NCBI GenBank assembly: GCA_012295275.1
Contig: CM022677.1
Location: 13,020,001-13,084,000, forward strand
DNA: 64,000 bases
Reading direction: 5' to 3'
Source: Chrysomallon squamiferum
Taxonomy: Eukaryota > Animalia > Mollusca
Shown: in pieces, positions 26,649 through 38,720 of the stretch
How the letters are laid out: each line of letters begins with the position of its first letter
Position numbering within the stretch: the first letter of the stretch is position 1
Program-made: the position numbers and the translations under genes
The notes under the pieces: model-generated
The model's input: the letters and a program-made list of their open reading frames with translations, nothing else
Database searches by the model: none
What the model was told of the DNA's origin: nothing

Positions 26649-27955
26649 TGCTAGATGAATGTTTGTACTGATATTACTGAAAATTAACTGTGCACCTTTC
26701 AGTGTCACAATGTCATACTTTGTTTTATGACCGCAGTAACATGACATTCCGCGACACAATTTACATCTCTCTCTACATGAAATTACATGATTAATCTAAA
26801 ATTCAAATTTATCAAATTATGTAATTAAGAATATTACAGATTTTTTTAAACACTAATAAAAGTAAGTTAATCTAGAATGAAATTCCATGTTTATTCAATA
26901 ATATAACTGATAATCTCTAATTAATGTAATTTTAATTTCTCATAAAACTAATACAGACGTTTAAAAACTTGTGTCTTATTTTGTTATCGATGGGTAACAT
27001 TATCAGTGTAAACAGCGATAATTTTTAGTTAACTGTGGCTTTATGAAAAGTTCACGATTTCTCATGTAATTACATTATAAATAAATCTATTATTATTATT
27101 ATCATTATTATATATTTAAAAAAAAATAAAGTATTTGTTTTTTATCTCGACAGAAACAATAAACTAAGAATAAATCTGATTTCTCTGATAACTTTACGAG
27201 GCCTAATAAAAAAATACGAAGTAATTTTTATATCCGCAGTCAGAACAGTTCTAATGAAACATATATAGGAAGCTTCCGTTTTTACAGAAAAATAAAAACA
27301 AAATAAAAAATAAAAATATTAAGGTGTTATTACTGTTGTTATTTACCTGTTGACAAAGAGAGGACTGCTTCACTGACCTCTTTGATAATTACTGGGGAGC
27401 GGTTATATTAATATCTAATGTAGTAAGAGAACTTCAGCTATAATAAGAAATATACAACTTGCGCTGATGTACACCTTTTAATGAATGTAATGAAAACAAA
27501 TAAACTTCGCATAATAAAATAACATGTTCACCTTCTTTGTTCACAGCTAATCAATACACACCTTCGTGATTTCAGGGCATTAACTGTGATATTTTTCAAT
27601 ATAACCTGATATAAAATACGATAATTAATAAAATATGAGATTAACATTTCTCAACATACTTAACCTACAAACTGTAAATATCACTGCTCATAATTAATTT
27701 TCATCTTGTTCATAAAAAAAAAATCACTTTCATAAATGTGTGTGTGTCTCAATTATAAAATTAATTATTTTGAAATACTTTTACTTATTATTGAAATTTC
27801 ACAAATATATTAAAACATATTAACTTTCATGTTTTTATTTAACATTTCAGCATGCCAGGAAAAGACACCCGAAAATGTGAATATACCCTTCATTTGATTA
27901 GTTTCTACTTTGTTACTGATAATAGATGATAGAATAGGTTCAAACACTGATCGCT

Positions 27956-27987
<32 letters not shown>

Positions 27988-28988
27988 CACACACACAACA
28001 CACATTTTTGTTTTAAGAGAAATAAAGTTTAAATGTAGTCCAATATGAATTGTTTGATGGGATGCATATAAAACAAAGGAAAATTATTATTTATTTTATT
28101 TTATTTTATTTTATTTTATTTTTTCAGACCATTTCTTCAGACGACAAAACATTTGACAAGCTAAATTAGAAAAAAACAAAACTAACACTCATTTCAGGAA
28201 AGAAATATTCTACTATTACCTGTATATATATATCAGGAAATCAACTCTTCGTGATTCTTAGAATCTACATTTATCTGCAAAATTCATAAATAACAAATAC
28301 CGCAAATAACAGCAGGAATCCCGGAAACAAAATTATTATTATATGAGAGTAATCTCCCTTCAGCTATAGTTTCTTTCTTTCTTCTGTTTGTGGGGTTCTC
28401 GGTGTACGTCATTGCACACCACAGAAAATCGCTGATAACGAAACGTCGTATATAGTTGTATAATGAGTAATAAATGTAAATGTGCAGGTACGTTCCAGGA
28501 ATAGCATATATCAATTTACATAATATAAACAATATGCCGTGTCTATTAATATGTGATAAATAACTAAAATATAAATAATAAAAAATAAATACAGATTTAT
28601 AAAGATTAAAATAATATAAAACTGGAATATTAACAAACGTTAAAGGTTAACTGTCAGCGAAAAAATAGTCTGTCACTGATGAATGCTTTTTTTCTTTTTT
28701 CTCATATTTCTCCCCAAATATCTCTATCGTGGCTATCTGAAATGTTCGAGGACAATTTATGCAATGTACAGCGAGTACTGACATTTATGATATGCTAATT
28801 CTATCAAATAAAACATGAAATAGTAATACACTGAATTGCATCAATGTGGTGAATTTTATACATTTTAATTATACAATTTAATTAAGTAAAACTATACAAA
28901 ATATTACTTAAGAAGTCTATTTTATACGAATGTATTTTTATTTTACCTCAGTGGAATAATAAGTAATAAGACGGTTTTTTTTTTTTTT

Positions 28989-29071
<83 letters not shown>

Positions 29072-29847
29072 CAGTTTCTAATATAAGTGTACTTGTTTGT
29101 TGACCTCATTTTTAATTCAATAGCTACTTGATGACAATTTACATCTACAGCGGACTGCTAATATATATATATATAAATATATGACTTAAGTTATTACAAG
29201 CAGTGTAAACCAGTACTGACTACTGATAATAAGAATTGGGTGTACATATCAAAACGGACTTGTCGACGTTTGGCTGAAATAAGAAGCCAGTGTTAATACT
29301 TTGACCAAGACGTTTCCCTCTTTGATGAAATAATGGTGAGATGTTGAAACTTGAATTACTTGAGGTTAAACATAGAGACCTATGAAAAAAGAACAATTTA
29401 AAAAATAATAATATTATAAATATTCACATACAGCATCTTTGATTATTTTGGGTTTATATTTTTTGATAAATTAATTAATTAATTAAATAAAAATACCCTT
29501 AAAAATAATTAAAGTTAAACATTTACAGTTAAAACAATCTTTAATTTTCATCTTAAGAACAGAGAATTTAGCTATTATAACAGCTGTTACAATGCAGCAA
29601 GCATGTTTATATCAGTTTGTTGTTGTATCTTTTACCTAAGACAGTGTAGCATTTACATTTTCAAGCGACAAGAAGACGTAATCACTGTTTTTTGAACGAG
29701 ATAATCATTTACACAAACAGGCATCTTTGAAAAATACTGCGGAATTAAGTAAGAAAGAAAGAAGAAATGAAAAAGAAAAGAAAAAAGAAAGCACGATAAA
29801 AATAAAAGAAATCAATAACATGCAATAAGAAATACTTTAAATATATT

Positions 29848-29853
29848 TTTATT
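29848..29853 (-). terminator. Candidate polyadenylation signal (AATAAA) for P4HA
   Basis: TTTATT on + about 105 nt past the stop codon. The context is AT-rich, so a chance match is plausible. Confidence 0.35.
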
Positions 29854-29958
29854 TCTTTTTCTTTTTTTTTAACATAAACACCTATGGAAAAAATTTACAA
29901 ACAACAAAGAAATCTCTTTCTAGGATCTGCTCACATTAAAAGCTGCATCGTATTTCAT

Positions 29959-31470
29959 TTATTCTTCTGGATTTGTGGAACAAGGTCGCTTGAATACTTG
30001 CCCTTTTTTTAGAATCCAGTAAGTTGATACCCATTTAGAGCCAATAAGAACAGGACAAGCTCCATGAAGTGTCATTTTGTTAGGTGAACCATTTCGATAT
30101 AAATTATACCAAAATATAGCTGCACCTGCTTTAGGTTGTATTCTTACACCAAGATGAAGAAACACTGTGGCACCTCCTTCTACATCACTCATATAGTTTA
30201 ACCACGTGGCAATTCTGTTTTCACTGGAAGAATATGCTATGTTGAAATAGTCAGTATGAGCCGTGAACTGTCCGCCTATTCCATAGTTTGCCACCTGAAG
30301 TGGCTCTGAAGCTTTCATTGAAAGACCTGTGATTGCTTCAATTCTTCTCTGAATTCTCTTGTCTGCTTCTGTGAAAGTTCTTCCTAGAAATGTATTTTTG
30401 CTAATTCTTATCTCAGATTTGAAAATGTTTCCATACTGATTGATTTCAGATGTTTTTAAAAGTGGCATAGAAACTGTTTTAATGTCTTCAATTTCAGCAT
30501 CACTGATAAAATCATGATAGAGAACAATTTTCGGTGAGAAATGCAGAATCTCTTCTTTAGCAGGCTTAAGAATTAGAAGTGGATTTTTGTTGTTGTAATG
30601 GTAGCGACATTTCAGACGATGTCGCTGTCGTACTTTAATAACGTCTTCACCACGACAGAGAGCATCGAAAGTTGTTTTTTCTTTAATTCTGGCATTTTCT
30701 TTTCTCTTTTCTTTCCTACATTTTGATATACTTATATACTTTTTCCTTCTTTTCGGAGCACGTTCTAGTTCAGGAGATAACATTAACTGTTTATTTGTCA
30801 AATTTAAAACGTGTTCTATCTGTCCCGCTAATTCTCTACCGTGAGTTTCATAGTCATGAAATACGCTCTGAATTGTTTCAGTTCTTTGTTTCTCGAGACT
30901 TGTTTTCATCCAGATATGTACATATTTGTATTTTTTCATTTTGTATGCAAGGCGACCTAATTGATAACAGTCTTCTGCTGATAATCTCTGTATATATCGT
31001 TCATATATAAAACCGTCTGCTAATCTTGTCGCATTTAATTTGTACGTGTCTTGAAGTCGAAACAGAGCTGCAGCGACCCCTTCTAAGTCTTCGTAACTTG
31101 GAAGATGTTCACGAATTTCTTGTAGTTCAGTCAGCTCTGTCTGAGACGTAATACTTTCGTGAAGAATAGGCTGAACATCTCGTTCCCAGTCCAACGTGAA
31201 ACGTTTAATATATAAAAATGCACCAATCGGGTTGGCTATGTAGCGATTTGGGTCTTTTAGTGCGATCGAACAGTGCTGTTCCATTTGATCTGAAATTGTT
31301 TTCAACTTTTCCAATTTATTTCCTTGTTCATGAACGTGACTGAAATTTCTTAATGCTATTGCCAAGTCTCTTCCTGCTAGTACAGAGCTGTACAGATGTG
31401 ATACGGACGTAAACAGTTCTGAATTCACAGCTGATAAAAGCAAAACTAAAATAGTGTACTGCTGATACAT
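29959..31470 (-). CDS. P4HA: Prolyl 4-hydroxylase subunit alpha (collagen-type, 2OG-Fe(II) dioxygenase), single-exon
   Basis: Uninterrupted 503-aa ORF. Signal peptide followed by ELFTS; N-terminal domain motifs NPIGAFLYIKRF and EDLEGVAAALFRLQDTY; TPR-like LSAEDCYQLGRLAY. The catalytic domain has LQVANYGIGGQFTAHTDY (HxD), NRIATWLNYMSDVEGGATVF, G.AIFWYNL and TLHGACPVLIGSKWV (distal His, 2OG-binding Lys), ending FKRPC. Confidence 0.96.
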   Translation of the reverse strand: MYQQYTILVLLLSAVNSELFTSVSHLYSSVLAGRDLAIALRNFSHVHEQGNKLEKLKTISDQMEQHCSIALKDPNRYIANPIGAFLYIKRFTLDWERDVQPILHESITSQTELTELQEIREHLPSYEDLEGVAAALFRLQDTYKLNATRLADGFIYERYIQRLSAEDCYQLGRLAYKMKKYKYVHIWMKTSLEKQRTETIQSVFHDYETHGRELAGQIEHVLNLTNKQLMLSPELERAPKRRKKYISISKCRKEKRKENARIKEKTTFDALCRGEDVIKVRQRHRLKCRYHYNNKNPLLILKPAKEEILHFSPKIVLYHDFISDAEIEDIKTVSMPLLKTSEINQYGNIFKSEIRISKNTFLGRTFTEADKRIQRRIEAITGLSMKASEPLQVANYGIGGQFTAHTDYFNIAYSSSENRIATWLNYMSDVEGGATVFLHLGVRIQPKAGAAIFWYNLYRNGSPNKMTLHGACPVLIGSKWVSTYWILKKGQVFKRPCSTNPEE

Positions 31471-32345
31471 ATTTGAAGGAATCTACCAGCGACATGAATA
31501 TTTGGTACAAAAATAGAGTTATGACGATATAATTCTAAATATATATCAGTTTAAAATACGCAGGTTATTAAACTGATGGGGGAGGGATACAATGACACGT
31601 TTCATTATTTTATCTTTCATTTCTATTTCATTTTATTTGTTTATTTTATTTATATTATTATTTGTATTTGTTCTTATTTGTTGTACATTTGTTTCTGTCT
31701 TTGAGTTTACATGTGTGTGTGTTTATATATTTATGTTTGTGAATGTGTGTGGTTGTGTGTGAGAAAAACTTTTGGTGTATTATGTTTCTGTTATCCTTTG
31801 ATTATATATATTTTTATATTTGTCTGTCTGTCTATCTATATGATGGAAATTATATTAATAATTTCATAATGTCAGAATAAAGTAACACAGAAAAAATGAA
31901 AAACAAAAAATACTCAAGAAAGAAAAAAGAACAAAATAAAAACAGACTGAAATGTAGATTACAGCTGTCATTTAGTAAAACCTCTCAAGTTTTGAACATT
32001 TAGAAGGGTTGTCTGCAGCTCTGTTTCTTCTTCCAAATAAATACAAATTAGATGTCAGTTTTAACTGACACTACTTATTAATCTTATATGCAAACTCGCC
32101 ATCTTAAACATTTTATTTTATTTTTATTTTTTATTATTTTATTACAAATTTTAGTTTTAGTTTTTCTAAATTTATTTTATGAATGTGTTTCAATAAATGA
32201 CAGTTTTAATAGACACAAAATGTTTTTGTACAAAATCTTTAAACCTTATTTCATTTCACTTTATATTTTTTATTTTTCATTCGTTCTCTCTGTAGAGGAC
32301 TAAATGATAGAGGACTTTTTTCTGTGAAGTATCTAGAAACTCCTC

Positions 32346-32540
32346 TAAGTAAATAAATACTGTACAGTAACGTGATATCAGCAGACATTAAGTAAATAAA
32401 TACTGTACAGTAACGTGATGTCAGGAGTATTAAGTAAATAAATACTGTACAGTAACGTGGTAGCAGAAATTAAGTAAATAAATACTGTACAGTAACGTGA
32501 TAGCAGAAATTAAGTAAATAAATACTCTACAGTAACGTTA
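32346..32540. repeat. ~40-bp minisatellite, 5 copies
   Basis: TAAGTAAATAAATACTGTACAGTAACGTGATAGCAGAAAT repeated. Confidence 0.9.
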
Positions 32541-32879
32541 TTTAATACAGTCTGGCCGTGCAGGTTTAAAGTTGCTGATTTGGTAGATAGTTAACACCAG
32601 CTTCCTCTGAGGAATTTTAACTCACTGAGCTCAGTTGTTAAGGATATATTGAATAAGTTTTAGTAGTTCACTGTTTTGAGTTTGGAATAATAAACCAGCT
32701 TAGCATTCACATCAATAACAGCAACAACAATCAAACATTTTATTTCAAAATGGTCGAATTACATAATATGGTCTCTATTGATTTATCTATCTACACAGCT
32801 GTGTGTTATCAATCCATCCATCCTTCCATCCAGCATATCTGTATCAATGTATTCATTTATCCATATACCTGTGTGTGAA

Positions 32880-32917
<38 letters not shown>

Positions 32918-33476
32918 TGTCTCTCTATTGGTTTGCCCATTCAACAGACTTGTATCCCACCTATTCACCTATCTACCCACCTGTCTAGCTACCCACCTGA
33001 CTATGTACCTCTCTTTCTTTTTTTAATTATCTATCTGTCAGTCTGTCTTGTTATCTTCCTATAGATCCGTCCCTCAAACTCTTTTTCACCATCTGTTGAT
33101 CAAACCATCTTTGTATCTTTCTCTTTTACCCTGTCTCTGCACATTTATCCCTGAATCCACACTGTGATACATGACCATCCATCCATTTATTCCCCATTAT
33201 TCTATCTATCTATCCTTCCATTTCTTACTTCAAAAGAGTAAGATAACATGGTTTCTTTAACTTATACCTAGGTATATATATATACACACACAGACATATT
33301 CATACATACACACAAAAACACACATACAGACATACATATACATATATAGAAACATACACAAACATATAGATACATACGTACACACACACACACAAACACA
33401 GTCAGAGAGAAACACACACACACAGCCACACACACACACACACATACACACACACAAACACATAAAAATGGAAAAA

Positions 33477-35016
33477 TTAACATAGTTAATTTGATAATGT
33501 TTGGCAAACTTTGCTCAGATTTGACAGTGAAGTGTAACAAGCCTGTCTGACAGCTGACTGGTTTTCTCTGACCCAGTCTGGAAGATGATCTACTTCCTGT
33601 AATGCTAACTCTACATAACTGTGAATGGCTTCCTGTGATCCTCCTCACAACAACCACTGGGCCAGTCTAAGACAATACAGCTGCAATTCAAAGAAACACA
33701 CAGCTAATAAATTATAATATATGCATGTATATAAATAATAATAATGTAATCAATAAATTTATAACATTTTACCGTATTTTTATACACTGATAATGATGTG
33801 AATAAATAAAACAAATTTGAAGCATTGAGAACAAAAAACTAATGTTAATGATAAAAGTGTAAAAATAATTTAAATAATTTGTTTCATGCTTTACCCAAAA
33901 TAATTCATAAGTAATATGTAAAATAAATTTTAAATATCTTTTATTGATTTCATTCATATTTTTTTTCAGGAAAAACAAAATAAAGTAAGTGTTATGGGTA
34001 ATATATTACTAGTTTGTTTTAGATGAGAAAATCTCCTCTAAAACTGTTAATGTGAGTCTGGCTTTTTAGTTAACATCTGTCATTAGAAACAGAAATAGAA
34101 GGTGATTAAAATCATTGAAGTTTAATGAAAAAATGTCCACAGTTTGCAACAGATGTATGTCTCTTTGTCTCAGATTATGTTTTGTAAAAATATATTTACT
34201 AAAATACATTAAAAAAAAATGTTTTTCTTGTTACATATTATTTAAATGACACAAAATATTTTTCATCAAAGTAAATAAATTTATAAAATAAGTAAATAAA
34301 TTAAAAACAAGTGGATAATTATGTTAGTAACTAACCAATAAGATTATATATAAAAAATTAATAAGTAAACAAACCAGTAATATTATAATAAAACAAATAA
34401 AATTGAATTAACAAGTAAATAAACCAGGAATAATATATAATGCAAATAACAAATCAAATTACATGTTTATTACTTATTAATTAACATAATAAACAAGTAA
34501 TTTTATATAAAACAGATAACATGAAATTAATAAGTAAACAAACAAGTAATATTATATAAAACAAATAAAATGAAATTAAATAAATAAATAAACAAGTAAT
34601 ATTATATAAAAAAATAACATGAAATTAATAAATAAATAAACAAGTAATAGTATATAAAACAAACAGCATGAAATTAATAAATAAATAAATAAACAAGTAA
34701 TATTATATAAAACAAATAACATGAAATTAATAAGTAAATAAACAAGTAATATTATATAAAACACCTAACATGAAATTAATAAGTAAATAAACAAGTAAAT
34801 TATATAAAACAAATAACAAGTAATTTATAGTAAATAAACAAGTAATTTTACCTGACTCAGACTGTTTTTTTTCGTCAACCAGTCTGATGAGGAAGTCATC
34901 CAGTTGTTGTTTGCTCAGAGTTGTCTACCTTTGTCTTAGATTATCAGTTTACTTCACACACTTTCATCAGAGTTCTCTTCTCATCACAAGTCTTCCTATA
35001 CTTTGACGTACAGTCC
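33477..35016 (-). pseudogene. Decayed exon fragments of an unidentified gene
   Basis: Minus-strand CAG acceptors at ~35017 and ~33681 are followed by protein-like frames with stops (TLSKQQLDDFLIRLVDEKKQSES then GT donor; LYCLRLAQWLL*GGSQEAIHSYVELALQEVDHLPDWVRENQSAVRQAC). Family not recognised. Confidence 0.3.
34360..34848. repeat. AT-rich ~50-bp tandem repeat
   Basis: AAACAAGTAATATTATATAAAACAAATAACATGAAATTAATAAGTAAAT repeated roughly 9 times with divergence. Confidence 0.85.
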
Positions 35017-35023
35017 TGAAAAC

Positions 35024-35074
<51 letters not shown>

Positions 35075-35213
35075 GTAACAATAATAATAATAATAATAAA
35101 TATAAAATAATGACAAAACCAATAATAACATCACAAAATAATTACTATCATAATAGTAATAAATACAACAGCAACAAGAACTATAAGAATAACAATAAAC
35201 AATAACAAGAATA

Positions 35214-35254
<41 letters not shown>

Positions 35255-36981
35255 ATAATAATAATAACAACAGACACACACGTAATGCAGATAAAAAAAA
35301 AGAAAAGAAGAAAAAAAGATGATTTATTTCCGGATTTGTCATAGTTGTAAATGTTTTATTTTTATTTTTTTTTTTTTTTTTTTTTTTCAGGTCATGTTTT
35401 CAGATTATAATCAAACATTGGTAAATTCCTGAACAATACTAAGCAATTTAGTGTGAGTTCTAAGCTTTGTGATTGGCTAATAATAAGATAAAAACAAAAC
35501 AAAACAATACAAAAAGATCATCGATTTATAATTAGTAAGTATATGTTAATAAGGTTGTTCTGTTTCTTTATTTTATTTTATTTGTTTTGAACTTTATTTA
35601 TTTATTTTTATATTATTATTATTAATTTTTTTTTTTTTACTGTTTTATTTACGGATAAATTTACGGATGATTGTCGGTCTATACGGACTTACTGTTTTAT
35701 TTGATGTTCGATGAATCTTATACAGAATTGATGTAATCACATTATCATCCAGCAAAAAGTTACTTAAAGCTTTCCATTTTATGCAGGAGCCAGGCATTAT
35801 TATTTATTATTATTTCGATTTTTTTAGTTTTATTTAATTATAATTTACATGTCAAAGCCAAGTGATGGCAGCCATCTTATTTCGGACCAATACTTATTTA
35901 TTTATAAATTTATTGATTATTGATTTTTTGGTTTATTTATTTATATTTTTTCAAAAGACACTCAGTTAATAATAAAATTAACCGGTGTTTTTTTTTTTGT
36001 TTTTTTTTTAAAATAAACTAATAAAAGTGTTAAAAGAAAATATACTAATTTTGTTTGAACGTTTTCTGTCAGTTCATTTATGATTTATTATTTAAAAGAT
36101 GTATGTTAAATTGCTGACTTGCTCCACACATTATTAAACATATTTAAATGATTTTTTTAACCATATTAAAGATTGTAATGGGTGGGGTCAAATACACCAA
36201 AACACACCAACAAATTTAAACCCGACCGTCTCAGATTTTTATGAAACTTGGTATACTTGTTGACTTGTTGAATCCCACAGCACCAAATCTGAAATTTTAG
36301 GCCAATCGGACCAGTGGTGTGGGAGAGATGCCCCCCCCCGGCCGAATTTGGAGATTTGTGGCAAAAGTGGGCATGATGACCAACCTTTGAACCCTTATAT
36401 CTCAGTAACTACTGGGCTAATCTTCATAAAATTGGTATTGTTGAAAAGGCAATATGAAGAGGATTCCAAATATGCCAGGAAGCAGAAACTATGTTTGGTG
36501 AGAGTTTTTAATTTACATTGCAAGGCCATAATTGTATTAAATCTTTTATTATACAAATTTATGAAATGTATTTTACTGGAAGAATTGAGATTTGTAATAT
36601 TCTGTTTTAGTGTACAGACCTTTGTACATGTATTTGTATTACTTAAATAGAGGTTTTCAGGCTTTAATAGATTCTTATATACTGGTCAGTATTTCATATA
36701 CCAATAAAGAAAGTTAATATTAAAAGGATCTTTAAATGAATGCATCTGAGTTAAATTTCATCAGACAGTTTACATTGCAGGGTTATTATTTTTATTAATG
36801 TTAATTCAGCATCTCACTATGGTAATGGGAGGTAAGTGTCACATAATACCAAGTACCAACACAACAAAATGTTGATTTCACAAAACTGAGTCGCAATTCA
36901 CCAGTAATCCAGAACTAAATAAATGAAACTCTTCTCAGTAAGTATTCACTTAATTCATTTTGTTAAACATATAGTGATTGA

Positions 36982-37050
36982 TAGCCTGGCTCAGTCGTTA
37001 GAGTGCATGGTCAATGTCTTTTGGGTTCAAGGATTAGTCCTGCATAGAGG
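36982..37050 (+). other. Degenerate tRNA-derived fragment (tRNA pseudogene or SINE head)
   Basis: A-box-like TGGCTCAGTCGTTAGAG and a decayed B-box-like AGGATTAGTCCTG at tRNA spacing. No clean cloverleaf. Confidence 0.3.
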
Positions 37051-38720
37051 ACTAACAAGGTCTTTTAACAATCTAGCTGTTGATCCATGCCTGATGTATC
37101 TAAGATTGTATGTGTTTGTTTTTTTATGTGCAAAGATGTACATCAGAAAAATATTTTTAGTTGCTTGTTTAAAAGGGTGTCACTTCATGTTTTAGAAACA
37201 GGGTTTCTTTTTCATTATCTGTATAGTTAGTTACCTTTTAAAATACTAGTAAAATCTCTGCTGTGTATGTTCTTAAACAAAATATTTCTTCTTTATTTTA
37301 GATTCAGTGTATTTTAGCAATGTCATTAGTGATCAGCTTGAAGTAAGTGTTTATTAAATCAGTAAATGTAATGCTGTACTCTGTCAGACCAGCTGAGTTA
37401 ATATTTAGTTAAGATGCTGTAAAGCTTCTGTTTACAGTGTAAATATACTGTCCTAGTTATCAATATTTTTATTTAATTCTTGAAACACATCTTTCCTTTC
37501 CTAATACATAATCTTTTGTTGCTACTTAAGTTTCATCCTGAAGAACATCTCATCAGACTGATGAACATGTGGATCCAAAAGGTGTTGATACTTTTGTTGA
37601 AAATAACTTTTACAAGAAGATCATCAAAACATGGATTCTGGATCATAACTGTGTGAAAGGGAAATAACTTAATGAATACAAAAACACACCAAAACATACA
37701 CATATGCACATTTATTGTTATATTATAGAATAATGTATCTCAGATATTTTGAATTATTACAGTATTACCTTTTACTATTATTTGAATAATGTGTTTATCA
37801 TTGTTTATGTTAAAACAAAAATTCTGTTAATTTCTGATTCTTGTTATTAATTTTCAGTGGAAATCACAGTTATGATGCCCAGTTCCATTGGAGAATGTGG
37901 ATCATGATATTCAGTTAGTTTGAGAAGACCACTTTGAGTGTTTACAGGACACTGATATTGGTGAGTCATTTCTAAAATTTTATGTTCATAAAAAAAATAA
38001 TAATAATAATACTAAAGAAATTTCAAATATCACTTTTTAGTAATACTGATTTTTTTTTTTTATTTAAAACTTTAAATGATACACATATCTAATGTCATAT
38101 ACATTATATTTATTGATTTTTTATTTTACTAGTCTAGGTAATAGGGAATCACAGAAAACTAAGATGTCAAGTTTCCAGGAACAGTATATATATATTAGAA
38201 TTAGAATTATTTTTGTCATTCTTATTACCATGTTTGTTTCTTTTACCACTGTTAGTTTTTGTTCCATAATTGTGACCTGCCACCATGAAATGAGTTGGAT
38301 GTCACCTTGCCTAATTGTGTGTAACCACCAGAATCAGCTCATTGGGAATAGGTTGAGATTTTAAGTTAAACTGATAGTTTATCCATTTATGTACATTTTG
38401 TGTTAAAACACATTTTGTTCTATATGCTTAAAAAATGCACTTAAAATGAGATAATTCTTTGTTTTTTGTTAATTAAAACTGCGTGAAAAATTCAATATTC
38501 AGCAAATGTTTTCACCCCGGTATCATTGGAAAGCTTGTTTTCACAGCTTTCTAAATATGCAGAGTTTGATTGGCTGAGTTTAAAATAGAAGATCAATGAA
38601 TAAGAACAAAATAAGAATCAAACAGTAAACAAAGGATTACTAGGATGGAAATCCCCTTCACTCACTGGTAAAGAATATCATATGGTGTAATACTTCAATG
38701 CAAGTGAGGTAATTTCCAAG

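Noticed and set aside
29959-31470. Horizontal (viral or bacterial) origin of the intronless P4H
   Set aside because: It has the animal-type N-terminal and TPR domains plus a signal peptide; microbial and viral P4Hs are essentially catalytic-domain-only.
30723-31510. Short ORFs overlapping P4HA
   Set aside because: Alternative-frame or antisense shadows of the real CDS with no recognisable motifs.
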